Assembly (NCBI GenBank): GCA_024137785.1
Contig: JAHRHZ010000059.1
Coordinates: 4,840,624-4,904,623, forward strand
Reading direction: 5' to 3'
Origin: Ginglymostoma cirratum
Taxonomy: Eukaryota
DNA length: 64,000 nucleotides
Shown in pieces: positions 1-13,114 of the stretch (positions are counted from its first letter, which is position 1; each line of letters begins with the position of its first letter). The translations under genes were made by a program, and so were the position numbers. Under the pieces are notes generated by a model. That model was not told the origin of the DNA, made no database searches, and worked only from the letters and a program-made list of their open reading frames with translations.

Positions 1-6
1 CTGCAT

Positions 7-1030
7 CAGAGACATACAGTGCAGAAACAGACCCTTCAGTCCAACTCGTTCACACCATCCATGTTTTCCAAGCTAAACTAGTCCCACTTGTCTGTGTTTG
101 ACGCATATCCTTCTAAATCTTTCCTTTCTTTATACCTACACAAATGTCTTTCATATGTTGAAATTATACCTGCATCTACAACTTGATCTGGCAGTTCATC
201 CCACATACAAACCATCCTGTGTGAGAAGGTGCCCCTCAGGACCCTTTTAAAATCTTTCCTCTCTCACTTTAAAAATATGCCATCTAGCCCTGAACTCACC
301 CACCTAAGGTCACCCCTCAAACTCCTATGCTCCAGTAAAACAAAAAGGTCCCAGCCCATCAGCCTCTCTTTTAACTGAAGCCCTCCATTCCTGGCAAGAT
401 CCGTGTAAGTCTTTTCTGAACTCTCTCCAATTTAATGTCTTTCTATAGCAGGGTGACTAGAACTGCACACTGTACTTCAAAAGTTGCCTCAACATCCTGT
501 ACAACCTCAACATGACATCCCAACTCCTAAACTCAATTGTCTGAGTAATGAAGGCAAGCATGCTAAGTGCCTTCTTAACCATCCTGTTTACCTATGATGG
601 AACTTTCAAAAGAACTATGTACCTGAATCCCTAGGTCTTGGTGTTTAACAACACTACCCAAGGCTCTACCAATAATTGGAGAAATCCTGCCCTTATTTGT
701 TCTACCAAAATGCAAAATCTCACATTTATCCAAATTAAAACGCCAGCTGCTACTCCACAGCCCAAGACCCAGTTGATAGGATCCTGTTCTACTCTTGGAT
801 AACCTTCTTCGCCATTGACTATCCTAGTAATTTTGGTGTACGTTCCACAAACATACTCAAAATGCCTCCTAAGTTCTCATCCAAATCATTTATATAGACA
901 AAGAACAGTCGATGCAACACCAATCCATGTGGAACACCACTGTCTGAAAAACAATCCTTCACTACCACCCTGTGTCTCCTACCATCAAGCCATGTTTGCA
1001 TCCAATTGCCACACTCTCCTTGAACCATCC
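7..1030 (-). mobile_element. CR1 LINE, 5'-truncated and decayed (RT C-terminal part and 3' end)
   Basis: ORF 819-1049(-) contains SGVPHGLVL..LFFVYINDL, a decayed GVPQGSVLGP.LF.IYINDL RT motif. The 3' tail GTTGGACTGAAGGGTCTGTTTCTGCACTGTATG on the minus strand resembles the other CR1/HE1 ends in the window. Confidence 0.85.
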
Positions 1031-1344
1031 TCACCACTTGCCTTCCCACCTATTTTTGTCATCTACAAACTTGGTTATAATACATTCACTTTCCTCATCC
1101 AAGTCAGTGATACTCTAACTCACTTGCTCTGAGCAATTAGGTATGGTCATTAAATGCTGGTATTTCCTGTAACATCCACATTCCATGAGCAAATACATTA
1201 AAGAAACCCCAAAAAAAAAGTTTAGTTCGGTCGTAGTAAGTTTTCAAAAAAAAAATACATTCGCACAACGCTGAAAGAGGAGATTAAATGATTTGGAAGG
1301 ATTGATCTTCCGGATGTGTGTGAAGAATTAAGAACCATACTTAC

Positions 1345-1514
1345 CCCCAAAACACCAAACCTTTCACAGAAGTCCCATCCACAAAGGAAATCAATCTCAT
1401 AGTTATGATTGAGAATAACTATGGCATTCTCTTTACCGTATTTAATATAATTCCTTTGGTCAGTATAAAGGGTACATTCTGTACATGACCACCATTCCAG
1501 CAACCACACCAATT
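1345..1514 (-). CDS. AGPAT4: 1-acyl-sn-glycerol-3-phosphate acyltransferase (AGPAT4/LPAAT-delta-like), second coding exon, 170 bp
   Basis: Encodes (Q)LVWLLEWWSCTECTLYTDQRNYIKYGKENAIVILNHNYEIDFLCGWDFCERFGVLG, including acyltransferase motif I NHxxxxD. Acceptor is TTACAG| at 1515 and donor is |GTAAGT at 1344. Phase matches the upstream exon (C+AA = Gln). Confidence 0.9.
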
Positions 1515-2071
1515 CTGTAATTTTAAAAAAAAAGAACAAATAGTTATGCCATTGAAGTCTTGCCCATGAAAATCAAACATAAAAAGATAACCGATGTGGG
1601 TAAAATGGTTCTTATTGGTCAACAGCATCCCGTCAGTATGGAAAAAAGTTTCCATTGTCCTAATTTCTAGTGAGAAGGCCAAAATTGGGTTACATGGGCA
1701 GATGTGGCAATAGAAGACAATCAAGCCTGGTGCTGGGGGTGAAAAAAAAATGGAGTAGACAGAAGAGATTAAAATTTGACGTAAATTTCCATACAAGTCA
1801 GAAAATCACAACCCAATTACTAATGGTCACAAGCCCAAAAACTTGATACTTAGAAATTTCATTTAGAGGCTACAAAATATTCTATATGGGAATATGGAAC
1901 AGTGTCACATTGATTCTGTAATATGTGGTCCTCAGTTCTGGCTAACGCATGTCGCTGGGAAGGACAAGAGTCTGCTTACCCCAAACATACACTGCTACCT
2001 TTCTGGAAGTTTAAAAAAAAAAGGAATAAATTCCTTCTACATTGGCAAATGTGTAATGCATTAAAATTTGA

Positions 2072-2425
2072 GAGGCAATGGCTAAGTGGTATTAAATCGC
2101 TGGGCTGTTAATCCAGAGACCCAGATGACATTCTAAGCCGGGATTCAAATCTCACCAAGGCAGATGATGGTATTTGAATTCAGTAAAATATCTGGAATTA
2201 AAGAATCTAATGGCGACGATGAATCCTTTGCTGATTGTCATTAAAAAAACTCATCTGGTTCACTAATGTCCTTTAGGGAAGAAAACTGCCATCCTTACCT
2301 GGTCAGGCCAACACGTGACTCCAGACTCTCAGCAACATGGTTGACTCTCAACTGCCCACTGGCCAATTAGGGATGATCAATAAAGCCTACCTAACCAGCG
2401 ACACTCTCATCCCATTAATGAATAA
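2072..2425 (+). mobile_element. tRNA-derived SINE whose tail is shared with the second LINE lineage
   Basis: A-box-like TGGCTAAGTGG and B-box-like GGATTCAAATC. The tail CAATAAA..CCAGCGACACTCTCATCCCATTAATGAAT matches the LINE end at about 24870-24917. Confidence 0.7.
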
Positions 2426-2768
2426 AGTGATTTAACCTAATTGGATGATTAATTACTCATGTAGATAGGAAGAAACTATAACTTTTAAAATTGGAAAACA
2501 ATCCAAGAGACTTAAATTTAAAAAAATGTTTAATACCAAACCAAAAGGACAGTTGAGTAAAGGCTTCAATTGGAGATTCATTTTAAAGGGTGTATTTTAA
2601 AATAAATCCTTTTAATGGGAAGTTGCACAGAACGAAAAAGGGAGGTGCTACATCTGGATAGAATGGGAACAGGTTAGCAAAGCAAACAGTGCTCTCCATA
2701 TTTCACTGATGCAGCTTAAAGGCCTCAGATTGTGTAGGTAGATTGGAGACGACGTTACATTTCAGTCA

Positions 2769-2808
2769 CGGGGACGGGGACGGGGACGGGGACGGGGGAG
2801 GGGGAGGG
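2769..2808 (+). repeat. (GGGGAC)4 followed by (GGGGGA) G-rich microsatellite
   Basis: Read directly: CGGGGACGGGGACGGGGACGGGGACGGGGGAGGGGGAGGG. Confidence 0.95.
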
Positions 2809-2944
2809 CAGAAGGCCCTCAAAAAGAATATTCTCTTCCAGAAAAAAAAAAGAAGAAGGGGAAATAGAAATAAATGGCCAATGGTTAACTCACAGAGTCT
2901 AGTCTCCAAGATTTGGCAGCAGTAACAAAATATTTCTAAATCAA

Positions 2945-3045
2945 CCTGTTCACAGATGTCATTACACACCTCTGGAGCAGGTGGGATTTGAACCTAGGCC
3001 TCCTGGCTAGGGGTTGGAACACTACCACTATACCACAACAGCCCT
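2945..3045 (-). mobile_element. Short tRNA-derived SINE fragment
   Basis: Minus strand reads TGTGGTATAGTGGTAGTG..AGGTTCAAATCCCACCTG (A and B boxes). Similar decayed units lie near 34520-34625 and 61370-61465. Confidence 0.55.
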
Positions 3046-4114
3046 TCTTGGTAACAGTAGTAGAAGATGCTGAATAATCCTATGCAGGTGGTCAAAGTTA
3101 ACGAACATAGGTGGTCAAAAAATTTAACAGATGCATCTTTAAAGTGCTAGCTCATATCCAATCTGCCATTTACCTTGCTCAGTACAATTAAACCCCACTC
3201 AAAAGTACTCAGGTTTGACAGTCAGACCACGTCAACTCACCCCACACCTTCCAACTGTGTCAGTCTCACATCCCTCACTGACAGCAGATATTCATCCACG
3301 GTAGGCACATCTGAACTGAACAATGGAACACCACTGATATTCTGCCCTCTGTTTTGCAGGACAACGTTGCCCACTGCTGAAGTGAGCAAAGTCAAACACG
3401 TTGCTTTTGTCCCAAACCGGATTAAGAACACTATGCTGTGCATCATGGAGATGGTCTCAACATGGCAACACCAGATGGTATGGCTAACAGCATTCAAGAT
3501 AACAGTATACTACTAATACTGTATGAATCAACTCCCATACTATGTGACGTGATGTGCAAGTTACAGATGGCATGTTTAGACATCTCTGGTCAACCCACTC
3601 ATCTTTTGATTTTTTTTTTCCCAGGGACCCAATGATTTGCTCCTGTCCAGCCATAGTTGTCTTAGGATAAAGCCAGAGCCTCTCTGCACTTCACACAAAG
3701 AAATACAGGGACTTGGTCGGACACTTTCAAAAACCAGCTTAAATTCTTGCACTGTGCAAACATCAGAACTGCTTAATGTTTTGGTTACATTATCCTTCAT
3801 CTAAATTCTGGAATGCATAGGCTGAATAAATTGAACCTATCACAGGACAACCTCCTCAATCCAGGAACTAAACTAAACCTAGTGAACGTTTGAGATAATG
3901 CAAAGGCAACCAATTCCTTGTTTGCTATGGGGGCTAAACCTACTCTCAGCAGTCCAGGTGTGGACTCACTAACACCTACACCACCACAGCAAGACTTTTA
4001 TTCTTGTACTCTTCTTGCAATAATGGCCAAATCTGCCATTTTCCTTTGAATTGCATACCTGTACTGTATCTGCACGCTAACTTGAGTTTCTTGCCTTGGT
4101 ACAACATACATAAA

Positions 4115-4640
4115 TGCCATAGCTACGTCCTCATCCCCCAACATCACCTCGCTCATCTGTTGCTGAAGCCATCATGTATGTCTTTATTACCTCTGCATTT
4201 GACTACACCAATGCTTTCCTTACTCATATTCCATATTCTATGCTTCATAAATTTGGTCAGCCAAATCTCTGCTACTCAATGTCCTGACTTAGTTAAAATC
4301 CTATTCACCCACTACAGCTAGGCTCAAGGACGTACAATGATTCAAAGTTCAGCAACATGTTGATTTTTATAAAAATCAACATTTCAGTTTTCAAATCCAT
4401 ACAAAATATTTGCACTCCTCTAATTCTGCCTCTTGAGCTTCCCCAATTTTAATTGCATCATCACTGGCAACTGCAATTTCAGTTAAACCCCAAGCTCTAG
4501 GATTCCTTCTCAAAAGTTTATTTCTCTACCTCACTCTCTTCCTTTAAAACATATCTCTTTGACCAAACCTTTAACTATTTTGTATAATCTGTGGTTTGGT
4601 GTCATAATACTTCTGGTGAAGCCATTTGGAAACATTTCAA
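4115..4640 (+). mobile_element. L2-like LINE 3' fragment, old
   Basis: TCTGTTGCTGAAGCCATCATGTATGTCTTTATTACCTCTGCATTTGACTAC resembles the L2 ORF2 C-terminal AE.LIHAFITSRLDY segment. It is followed by an L2-like 3' UTR. Confidence 0.55.
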
Positions 4641-5599
4641 CGATGTTTATCACTTAAGAGTCATAAACATCTGAAGATGATCAAATTAGTTGAGGCAGGT
4701 GTCCATTTGATTTGAGAGTTGTGTGAAGTCTATGTCCCAGTGCAATCAACAGCAGTATTGCAAAATTTAGATTTCCATAAGTTTGCACATCCTAGAAGCA
4801 AGGCACTTTTCTAAAGTCAAATCACACCAGTATTTTTCTATTATGCAACAAAACACTAAAAAAGCTTCCTATTAAAAAGGTCACATTTTCCTTTTTGTCG
4901 CATTAAATCTTCAATTTACTGATAATCAAACTTAGGTTGCCAACCTTTCAGGAATAGGCTGCCTTTTGCATCTATGAAATCAGTTTACTTTATGGCAGCT
5001 TTAGTTACAGTATACCTTCAAAACCACAATTCCATTCACAACACGCAATTTTAGAAAAACAAACAAACAGATTGGGTTAGAAGAAAGATGATCATAAAAA
5101 TGGCAAATTTGAGTGGAATAAGTTCCAGTCAATCTTCTTCCCTCACTGACAATCTAGAAGCAGCAGCATGCTGGAATATGCTTTGGCAAATGGCATTACT
5201 GTACATCATTCACAGGTCTTAAAAAGTTGAACTTTAGCATGCTGGTCATCACAGCCGAAACACAAACCTGGTTGTGCACGTGGTGTTTGTATATACTGTT
5301 AAATGGAGAGAAGATTGGCTTCTGCAAAGGAGGTTTTCCTTTTCAGTGTAATAATTTCATTAACCAGAACATCCTTAGTAATTTCCACTCAGACTTTTTA
5401 AAGAATAACAAAAAGACTATGAGTGCTGTCAAAATAGCTTAGTTGCTCTATCTGCAGCCAATAATTTTACTGAACTATTTCAGGAACTTTCTATCAAGGA
5501 GTTTCTTACCAACAGTGCATGTGCATAACAAGAAACCAAAACAGACTGGCTTGCCTGTCAACAAATTGCTGACAAGTCTATTGTACACTAGAAAACATG

Positions 5600-6005
5600 C
5601 TACCACCAAAAGCAGTGTTGAGGATAGTTTGAATGAGGTGGAACCATTCTTCTTGAGGAAGGCTAAGAGGAGATCACAGAGACTTTTAAAATCAGGAGCA
5701 GGCTGGATAGAATAGATGGGGAGAAAACTCTTCCCGCTTGAAAATAAAGGAGGGGAGAGCAAGAGGACAGATTTTTTTTAAAAAAAGGTGATTTGCAAAA
5801 GAAGCAAAGGTGATTAGGATTGAAATAAACAAAACAAAAATTTCATTCTGGAAGTAGTTAGGGTACAAAATGCCTTGCCTGGATGTGTAGTGGAGCCAGG
5901 ATTAATTAGTTGGGGAGAAGGAGATTGGTACTAGGTAATACGCATATTTGAAGAGCCAGTGCTGGCACAATGAGCTTCTACACTGCAAAGCTTCTGAGAT
6001 TGTGA
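5600..6005 (+). mobile_element. CR1 LINE 3' fragment
   Basis: AGGCTAAGAGGAGAT..TTTAAAATC..GGATAGAATAGATGGGGAGAAAACTCTTCCC is similar to the other CR1 3' regions here. Confidence 0.65.
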
Positions 6006-6757
6006 TTAGTGCACTTTCCTTGTCATTATGGCATTGATTTGTCAACAAGTTAGTTAAATAGATAAAAGCAATTAGTGAAAAGCATTTAATGAAAACAGCT
6101 ATTCACAACATCAGCAAACAACTGAAGTCCTGAAATCAGGACTTTCATCTTCTTTGTTACAGTAATTCCCACTAACCAATCAAGACAGTTTTGAATCACT
6201 GCAAATGAAGTGATGAACAAAATCTAGAAACACGAAACATCATAACTTTAAAAGAAACAAAAGCATAAAATGCTAGGTTTGCCCAACTTTCCCCTTTAAA
6301 GCAGATTCTGATAAGAATATTTTTCATTAATTCACTGCTTAACAATTCTAAACTTTCGCAAGTGGAGGGTGTAAAATATTGATTTAGAGTCACATGTGAT
6401 CTGAAAGCAATTCAACTTACCTGAATGATTAACTGTCTCTGTTAACTTTCAACTTTAAATTTCACCTATCAAGCTGTATTGCTCATAACTAAAAGAACTT
6501 TGTTTACCATCCAAGGCCACCAGCAATAACCAACAAGCCCAGGATCCAGAAAAAGGTTTGTCTATGCATTAACCTCATATGTCAAGCAGAATCTTGATCT
6601 ATGAAACAGCAAAAAAAAAAGCAACTTATCAGTTTCTCTTTTCAACAAAAGACAATTGTTAAAAAAAAAAAGGATGCTGATCTATAGATACACTGAAGCC
6701 ATTTCCTGTGACGGTTCTCATGGTTAGTCAAAAAACAAACAAACAAATAACCAAATT

Positions 6758-8817
6758 GTTACAGAGATAGTAGGAACTGCCGGTGCTGGAGAATCTGAGA
6801 TAACAAAGGTGTAGAGCTGGATGAACACAGCAGGCCAAGCAGCATCAGAGGAGCAGGAAAGCTGACGTTTCGGGTCGACACCCTTCAGAAATGGGGGAGG
6901 GGAAGGGGATTCTGTAAATAAATTTAGAGAGGGGGGAGGCAGATAGAAGATGGATAGGAGGAGAGGATATGTGGACAGGAGACAGACAGGTCAAAGACGC
7001 GGGTTTGGAGCCAGTAAAGGTGAATGTAGGTGGGGAGGTAGGGAGGGGGTAGGTCAGTCCAGAGAGAATGGACAGGTCAAGGAGGCGAGATGAGGCTAGT
7101 AGGTATGAGATGGAGGTGGGAGGAATGGTTAGGGAGGCGGGGATGAGCTGGGCTGGTTTTGGGATGCAGTCAGGGGAGGGGAGATTTTGAAACTTGTGAC
7201 GTCCACGCTGATACCCTTGGGCTGCAGGGTCCCCAAGCAAAATATGAAATGCCGTTCCTGCAGCTTCCGGGTGGCATCATTGTGGCAATGCAGGAGGCCC
7301 AGGATGGACATGTCATCCAAGGAGGAGTGGGAGGGGGAGTTGAAATGGTTCGCGACTGGGAGGTGTAGTTGTAGTTGTTTGTTGCGAACTGAGCGTAGGT
7401 GTTCCACAAAGCAGTCCCCAAGCCTCTGCTTGGTTTCCCCGACGTAGAAGAGGCCACAATGGGAACAGCGGATACAGTATACCACATTAGGAGACGTGCA
7501 GGTGAGCATCTGTTTGATGTGGAAAGTCTTCTTAGGGCCTGGGATGGGAGGGGAAGAGTTGGAAAGGTGTAGGGGCAGGTGTAGCACTTGCTTCGGTTGC
7601 AGGGAAAAAATGCTGGGGGTGGTGGGGCTGGAGGAGGGGAGTGTGGAGCGGACAAGGGAGTCACGGAGACAGTGGTCCCTCCGGTAAGCAGATAAAGGGT
7701 GGGGAGGGAAAAATGTCTTTGGTGGTGGGGTCAGATTGCAGATGGCAGAAGTGTCGGAAGATGATGCGTTGGATTCGGATGTTGGTGGGGTGGTACGTGA
7801 GGACGAGGGGGATTCTGTTTTGGTTGTTATTGCGGGTAGGGGGTGTGAGGGATGAGTTGCGGGAAATGTGGAGACACAGTTGAGGGCATTTTCAACCACT
7901 GGAGAGGAAGTTGTGGTCCTTGAAAAACAAGGATATCTGGGATGTCTGGGAGTGGAATGCCTTATCTCGGGAGCAGATGCGGCAGAGGCGAAGGAATTGG
8001 GAATAGGGGATGGCCTTTTTGCAGGAAGGTGAGTGAGAGGAAGTGTATTCTAGGTAGCTGTGGGAGTCGGTAGGCTTGAAATGAATATCAGTTTCCAGGT
8101 AGATGCCAGAGATGGAGACAGAGAGGTCCAGGAAGGAGACAGAGGTATCAGAGATGGTCCAGGTGGAAAGTGTTAGTGAAGTGGATGAACTGTTCAAGCT
8201 CCTCGTGGGAGCATAAGGCGGCGCCAATACAGTCATCAATGTAACGGAGGAAGAGGTGGGGGATAGGGCCAGTGTAGCTTTGGAAGAGGGATTGTTCCAC
8301 GTATCCTACAAAGAGGCAGGCATAGCTTGGGCCCATGCGTCTGTAGGAAGTGGGAGGAATTGAAAGAGAAGTTGTCGAGGGTGAGAACAAGTTCGGCTAA
8401 GCGGATGAGGGTGTCAGTGAAGGAGGATGGTCAGGCCTGCAGGACAGGAAGAAGCGGAGGGCCTTTAGGCCATCTGCACGGGGAATGCAGGTGTATAAGG
8501 ACTGGATGTCCATGGTAAAGATGAGATGTTGGGGACCAGGGAATTGGAAGTTTTGGAGGAGGTGGAGGGCGTGGGTGGTGTCACGGATGTAGGTAGGGAG
8601 TTCCTGGACCAAGGGGGAGAAAATGGAGTTGAGATAGGTGGAGATAAGTTCGGTGGGGCAGGAGCAGGCGAAGACAATGGGTCAACCAGGGCAGTCAGGT
8701 TTGTGGATTTTGGGAAGGAGATAGAAACAGGCGGTGCGGGGTTGGGGAACGATGAGGTTAGAGGCTGTGGGTGGGAGGTCACCTGAAGTGATGAGGTTGT
8801 GGATGGTTTGGGAGATG
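6758..8817 (-). mobile_element. Penelope-like retroelement (RT plus GIY-YIG endonuclease), 5'-truncated and frameshifted
   Basis: RT motifs IFTMDIQSLYTCIP, MGPSYACLFVG, FLRYIDDCIG and VSFLDLSVSI..KPTDSHSYL are present. The GIY-YIG motif NVVYCIRCSHCGLFYVGETKQRL follows. The motifs are split over several frames. Confidence 0.93.
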
Positions 8818-9609
8818 CAACTGGAGCAAGTGCTACACCTGCCCCTACACCTCGCCCCTCACCCCCATCCCAGGGCCTAAGACCTTCCACATCAAATAGA
8901 TGATCACCTGCACATCTGCTAATGTGGTATACTGTATCCGCTGTGGCCTCCTCTATATCGGGGAAACCAAGCAGAGGCTTGGGGACTGCTTTGTGGAACA
9001 CCTACGCTCAGTTCACAACAAACAACTACAACTACAACTCCCAGTCGCGAACCATTTCAACTCCCCCTCCCACTCCTTGGACGACATGTGCATCCTGGGC
9101 CTCCTGCATTGCCACAATGATGCCACCCGGAAGCTGCAGAACAACATCTCATATTCCGCTTGGGAACCCTGCAGCCCAAGGGTATCAACGTGGACTTCAC
9201 AAGCTTCAAAATCTCCCCTCCCCCAACCACATCCCAAAACCAGCCCAGCTCATCCCCGCCTCCCTAGCCATTCCTCCCACCTCAAGCCCCACCCCCATCT
9301 CCTACCCACTAACCTCATCCTGCCTCCTTGACCTGTCCGTCCTCCCTGGACCAACCTATCCCCTCCCTAACTCCCCACCTACGTTCACCTTTACTGGCTC
9401 CATCCCAGCCTCTAACCTGTCTGTCTCCGCTCCACTTATCTTCTCCTTTATCCATCTTCTATCCGCCTCCCCCTCTCTCCCTATTTATTTCAGAATCCCC
9501 TTCCACTCCCCCATTTCTGAAGGGTCTCAACCCGAAACGTCAGCTTTCCTGCTCCTCTGATGCTGCTTGGCCTGCTGTGTTCATCCAGCTCTACACCTGT
9601 TGTTATCTC
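8816..9609 (+). mobile_element. Inverted second arm (GIY-YIG plus 3' end) of the same Penelope-like insertion
   Basis: NVVYCIRCGLLYIGETKQRLGDCFVEH. This segment is the reverse complement of 6797-7601 and joins the first arm at a TG overlap (8816-8817). Confidence 0.93.
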
Positions 9610-12600
9610 TGCTTTTACATACAACTTTGTTTCCCTTTCAAAGCCCTACTGATCAGTGGTTGCTGCAGCCCTCTCCCTCACAAGAGTCGTCACTTGGTTG
9701 TCTGCTCTACACTCAGCCATTTCAACATTCCACACTTTCAATTGCATCACAATGAACGTCCAGCTATTCTCTGAATGTGCCAGTGTGTATGTACGTACGC
9801 ACGCACACACACCATCCTCCAAGCTTCACATTTCCAAGGCCCCACCCCACGCATCTAGATGCACCTGCACACCTTTCTCACCTAGTCTCTGGCATGAGGT
9901 GATCATGCCTGATGTGGTCATGCATTGCTTCACTCCAACTCCCCCAAAGCCAGCGTGATCCTGACTGATGACGATTCCTCCCATATTATAACCTTCCCAG
10001 CAATGCTTTACTGCAGAACACACTTACCCCCATGAGCTACAACATAGATGATGGAAAGCTGATGATCTTCGACTAAGTCTACTGTAGATGATCAAGGATG
10101 ATGTCAAGCAGTTCAGGACCCACTTGCAGATTGGGTTGGTGATATAAAAAGCAAGAACAAGATCACTGGAAGAGGACAGCATGCCAGGGGTGGAAGCACA
10201 AGTTCATGAGCAGAAAGGAAAAAAAAAAATTCTTATACCATCGAGTTGCAATCCCAGAGCCATACCAGAAATCCTTGGGAAGCAGATTTACATGCTGCTG
10301 TGACACTCTGGATACCAACTATTCAGTGGTTTCCAAAGTTGTGATAGCAGCAGTCTGAGTTTGCAAGCCAACAACCCGGGATTTTGCTACAACATCTAAA
10401 ATCTTGGAAGTTGTGGCATCAACCATTTGATGCTACATCCAGTTGGGTTCCACAGTGGGTAGATTAGTCAACTCTTGCTCTATTCTGAAAGTGATGGATT
10501 TCAAAAAGCTCTGTGCAAGATGCTTTGTCAAATTGGAGCTGGATTCTTCAATGCTCCCAGACATCGAAAACAATTTTTTTGGCAAGCTTTGCAGTGCATG
10601 AAGCATTTAGTCAAGTATATCCAATCAGCTTTCTGCTGTAGCCAGTTACTGAGATCATCTGATTCCTCCGTATCAGAAATTGGGATCACAGTCATTGGTC
10701 AGCTGAGCCAGCATCTATATTACTCTTCTCCCTTCCCAAAAGGGTTCATTTTTGGTTCTTGTGTAGTTGTACCTGATGTGTTACCACATACAGGTTCTTC
10801 TTCTGCCCAAATAAATATACCTCACTCTTGGTCATCAACTCAAAGATGAAGAGCAAGCAATCATACGCAATCACCTTTGCTACCTTTTCTCCCCCCACCT
10901 CTGGGAGAGCTGGTTCAAGCTCTTGGGTATCTAAATGAAAGTAAGTTTAAAGAGAGTGTGGTAGGAGAGAAGAGAAAAGCAAGTTGAGTTGACATCATCC
11001 AAAGCTAGTCAGAAAGGAGAGAGATTGTGGGCAAAAAGAGAATTAGTTACGCAGAAAGCACTGCATAACTACATAATTCTTCCAGCACTCATTATGATGA
11101 CCATGACCTCAGTAAAAGCCCTCCCTTGACAGTAAACAATATCCCTGCCACAGAAGTCCTAACGTGTAAATGGAATTATCCTTCATTATGTGCCACCTTC
11201 TGCTGAAAAACAAAAAAAGGGCAGTGAGTCATTGAGAGCGGTGTTTGCAGTTGTCTGTATGATCCACCCAAATACATTACAACAGCACTAAGTGAGAAGT
11301 AAAAGTACCAAAAGGGGTGAGCCTGCTTGATAGAGATTGTTGGTTGGTGGGTATTAGAGGTGGTCTGAATTAAGCAGTGGATGAGGCCAGTAGTGCAGTA
11401 GGTAAGTTTTGCGATTTGAAGACCGAATTGAATGTGCATTCTTGGAACTATATTCCTAGTATTGACCTTTGCCAATTCCTGAACACATCAGAGATGGCGA
11501 TCTCCTGCATCTCTCCACCTCTAAGCTGTGGATGTGTCTGTGGGGGGGGCCGTGAACAAAGGCCTCCAAATGTTTCTGGATAACCCTGATGTTCCATATC
11601 ATATCATCTCACGTGGACAGCCTACTTTTAATCTTGCAGGAAAGATTTAGTTCATAAAACAGAACCCTCCTCTTACCCACTCCCCACAGTGAAGTGTAAT
11701 TTATAACATTAACACAGTATGTCAAATCAACTTTAAACTGTCAGTAAAAAGAGAAAACCAGATTTGTTTCTAACCAGTTTAAATCATTGTCCAGCACAGT
11801 GACTGTTTGTCTTGAGTGCGCGTACCTGGGAAGTGCGTAGGCCTGCATTACGCAGGAGGCTCAGGATAAATCAACAAAAACTACTGCATCTTTTCCCAGC
11901 CCTACTTTGTTCCTTTTCCACCATCACCAACTTGGAGAGGACTGTGCAGAGAGGGTGGATTCCCACCACATCTTCCAGTCACAATGCAGTCTTTTTAGGA
12001 TGTACTATTGTTTAGTTTCATTAGCCAAATTATTTGCCAAGGTATAAAGCCTTAAAAAAGGAATAAAAAAGTTTAAGTGATCATTGGAGACAGTGTTCAA
12101 GTACAAGGAAGAATACAATTTGTCACAATGCTTCAAATAGGCAATTTTTAAAAAAAATTAAGATCTAGAATAAACAAAAATAAAAAAAAAAAATTGGTTG
12201 TGAATCAAATTGACACCAAGTATTCTACTATTCATGTACAAATATGGCAAGAAGAGAGTTTTTAAAAAACATGTGGATTATTGCAGGAATGCCAAAAATC
12301 CAGAATGTAGCTTTTAAAACTTCACGTGTTCAGACAAAATGAACAGCATTTCATATTTACATGAAATTTAGTCTGCTAGCAGAATCATTTAATATCCATT
12401 GTATCCCCATGATTTGTCTGATGAGTACTGACTCAGCAGCATTGATAAAATACTATTACAAATTGAACTGCCAATTTCCATTAGGAATTAAGCAAAATAC
12501 AATGCTTCTTTGCTAAGAAAATTTAAAATCAACTAATAAATATTTCTAATATTAAAAGGAACCCCCTTCATAATGGCTGTGAATGTATAACAAAATCACC

Positions 12601-12689
12601 CAGAGAAACATTCTACAGTCACAGCAAAGACTAAACTCCATTTACCATTACTCACCCTTATTCCATATTTTTACATGCTTGTGACAAAC

Positions 12690-13105
12690 ACGAACCTACT
12701 CGTCTCAGTAAATGCTGTGCATCAAAACTTATGATAAGCCTTCTAGAAGGCCAGAAAACAACATCTATCAATGCTCGCCTAACCATCATGGTAGGTGACT
12801 TCAAGAGAGAGAGTTACTTAATTTAGTGAGACAGAACATTTGACGCAACTTACTTTAAACTGTCATCGCAACAATCCTCCACTGATAAAGGTTTAACTTT
12901 AAAACATTCAGTGGTGTGTCAGAAGAGCATTTAAAGGCAAAACCGAACACTCATCCACATAACACAAATCAGAGTAACAGGCCAAAAGCTTGATCAAACA
13001 GAAATGTTTTATGGCACATCTTAAAAAGGGTGGAAAGACTCAGCGAAGTGTTGGAACAGAATGCCACAGCTTAGACCAAGGAGCAGACTGTATGGCCACT
13101 ACTGT
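12690..13105 (-). mobile_element. L2-like LINE 3' fragment, old
   Basis: GCCAAAAGCTTGATCAAACAGAAATGTTTTA is complementary to TAAAACATATCTCTTTGACCAAACCTTT in the 4115-4640 element. Confidence 0.45.
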
Positions 13106-13114
13106 TAAAGCAAG

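Noticed and set aside
1222-1344. ORF continuation VSMVLNSSH.. after FGVLG
   Set aside because: Read-through into the intron past a canonical GTAAGT donor.
7129-9774. Long overlapping ORFs of 130-256 aa on both strands as novel genes
   Set aside because: They are frameshifted or antisense readings of the Penelope-like element, and no intact RT-endonuclease ORF remains.
10140-10990. Possible LINE ORF1 remnant or processed pseudogene
   Set aside because: Composition looks coding-like, but I recognise no motif in any frame.
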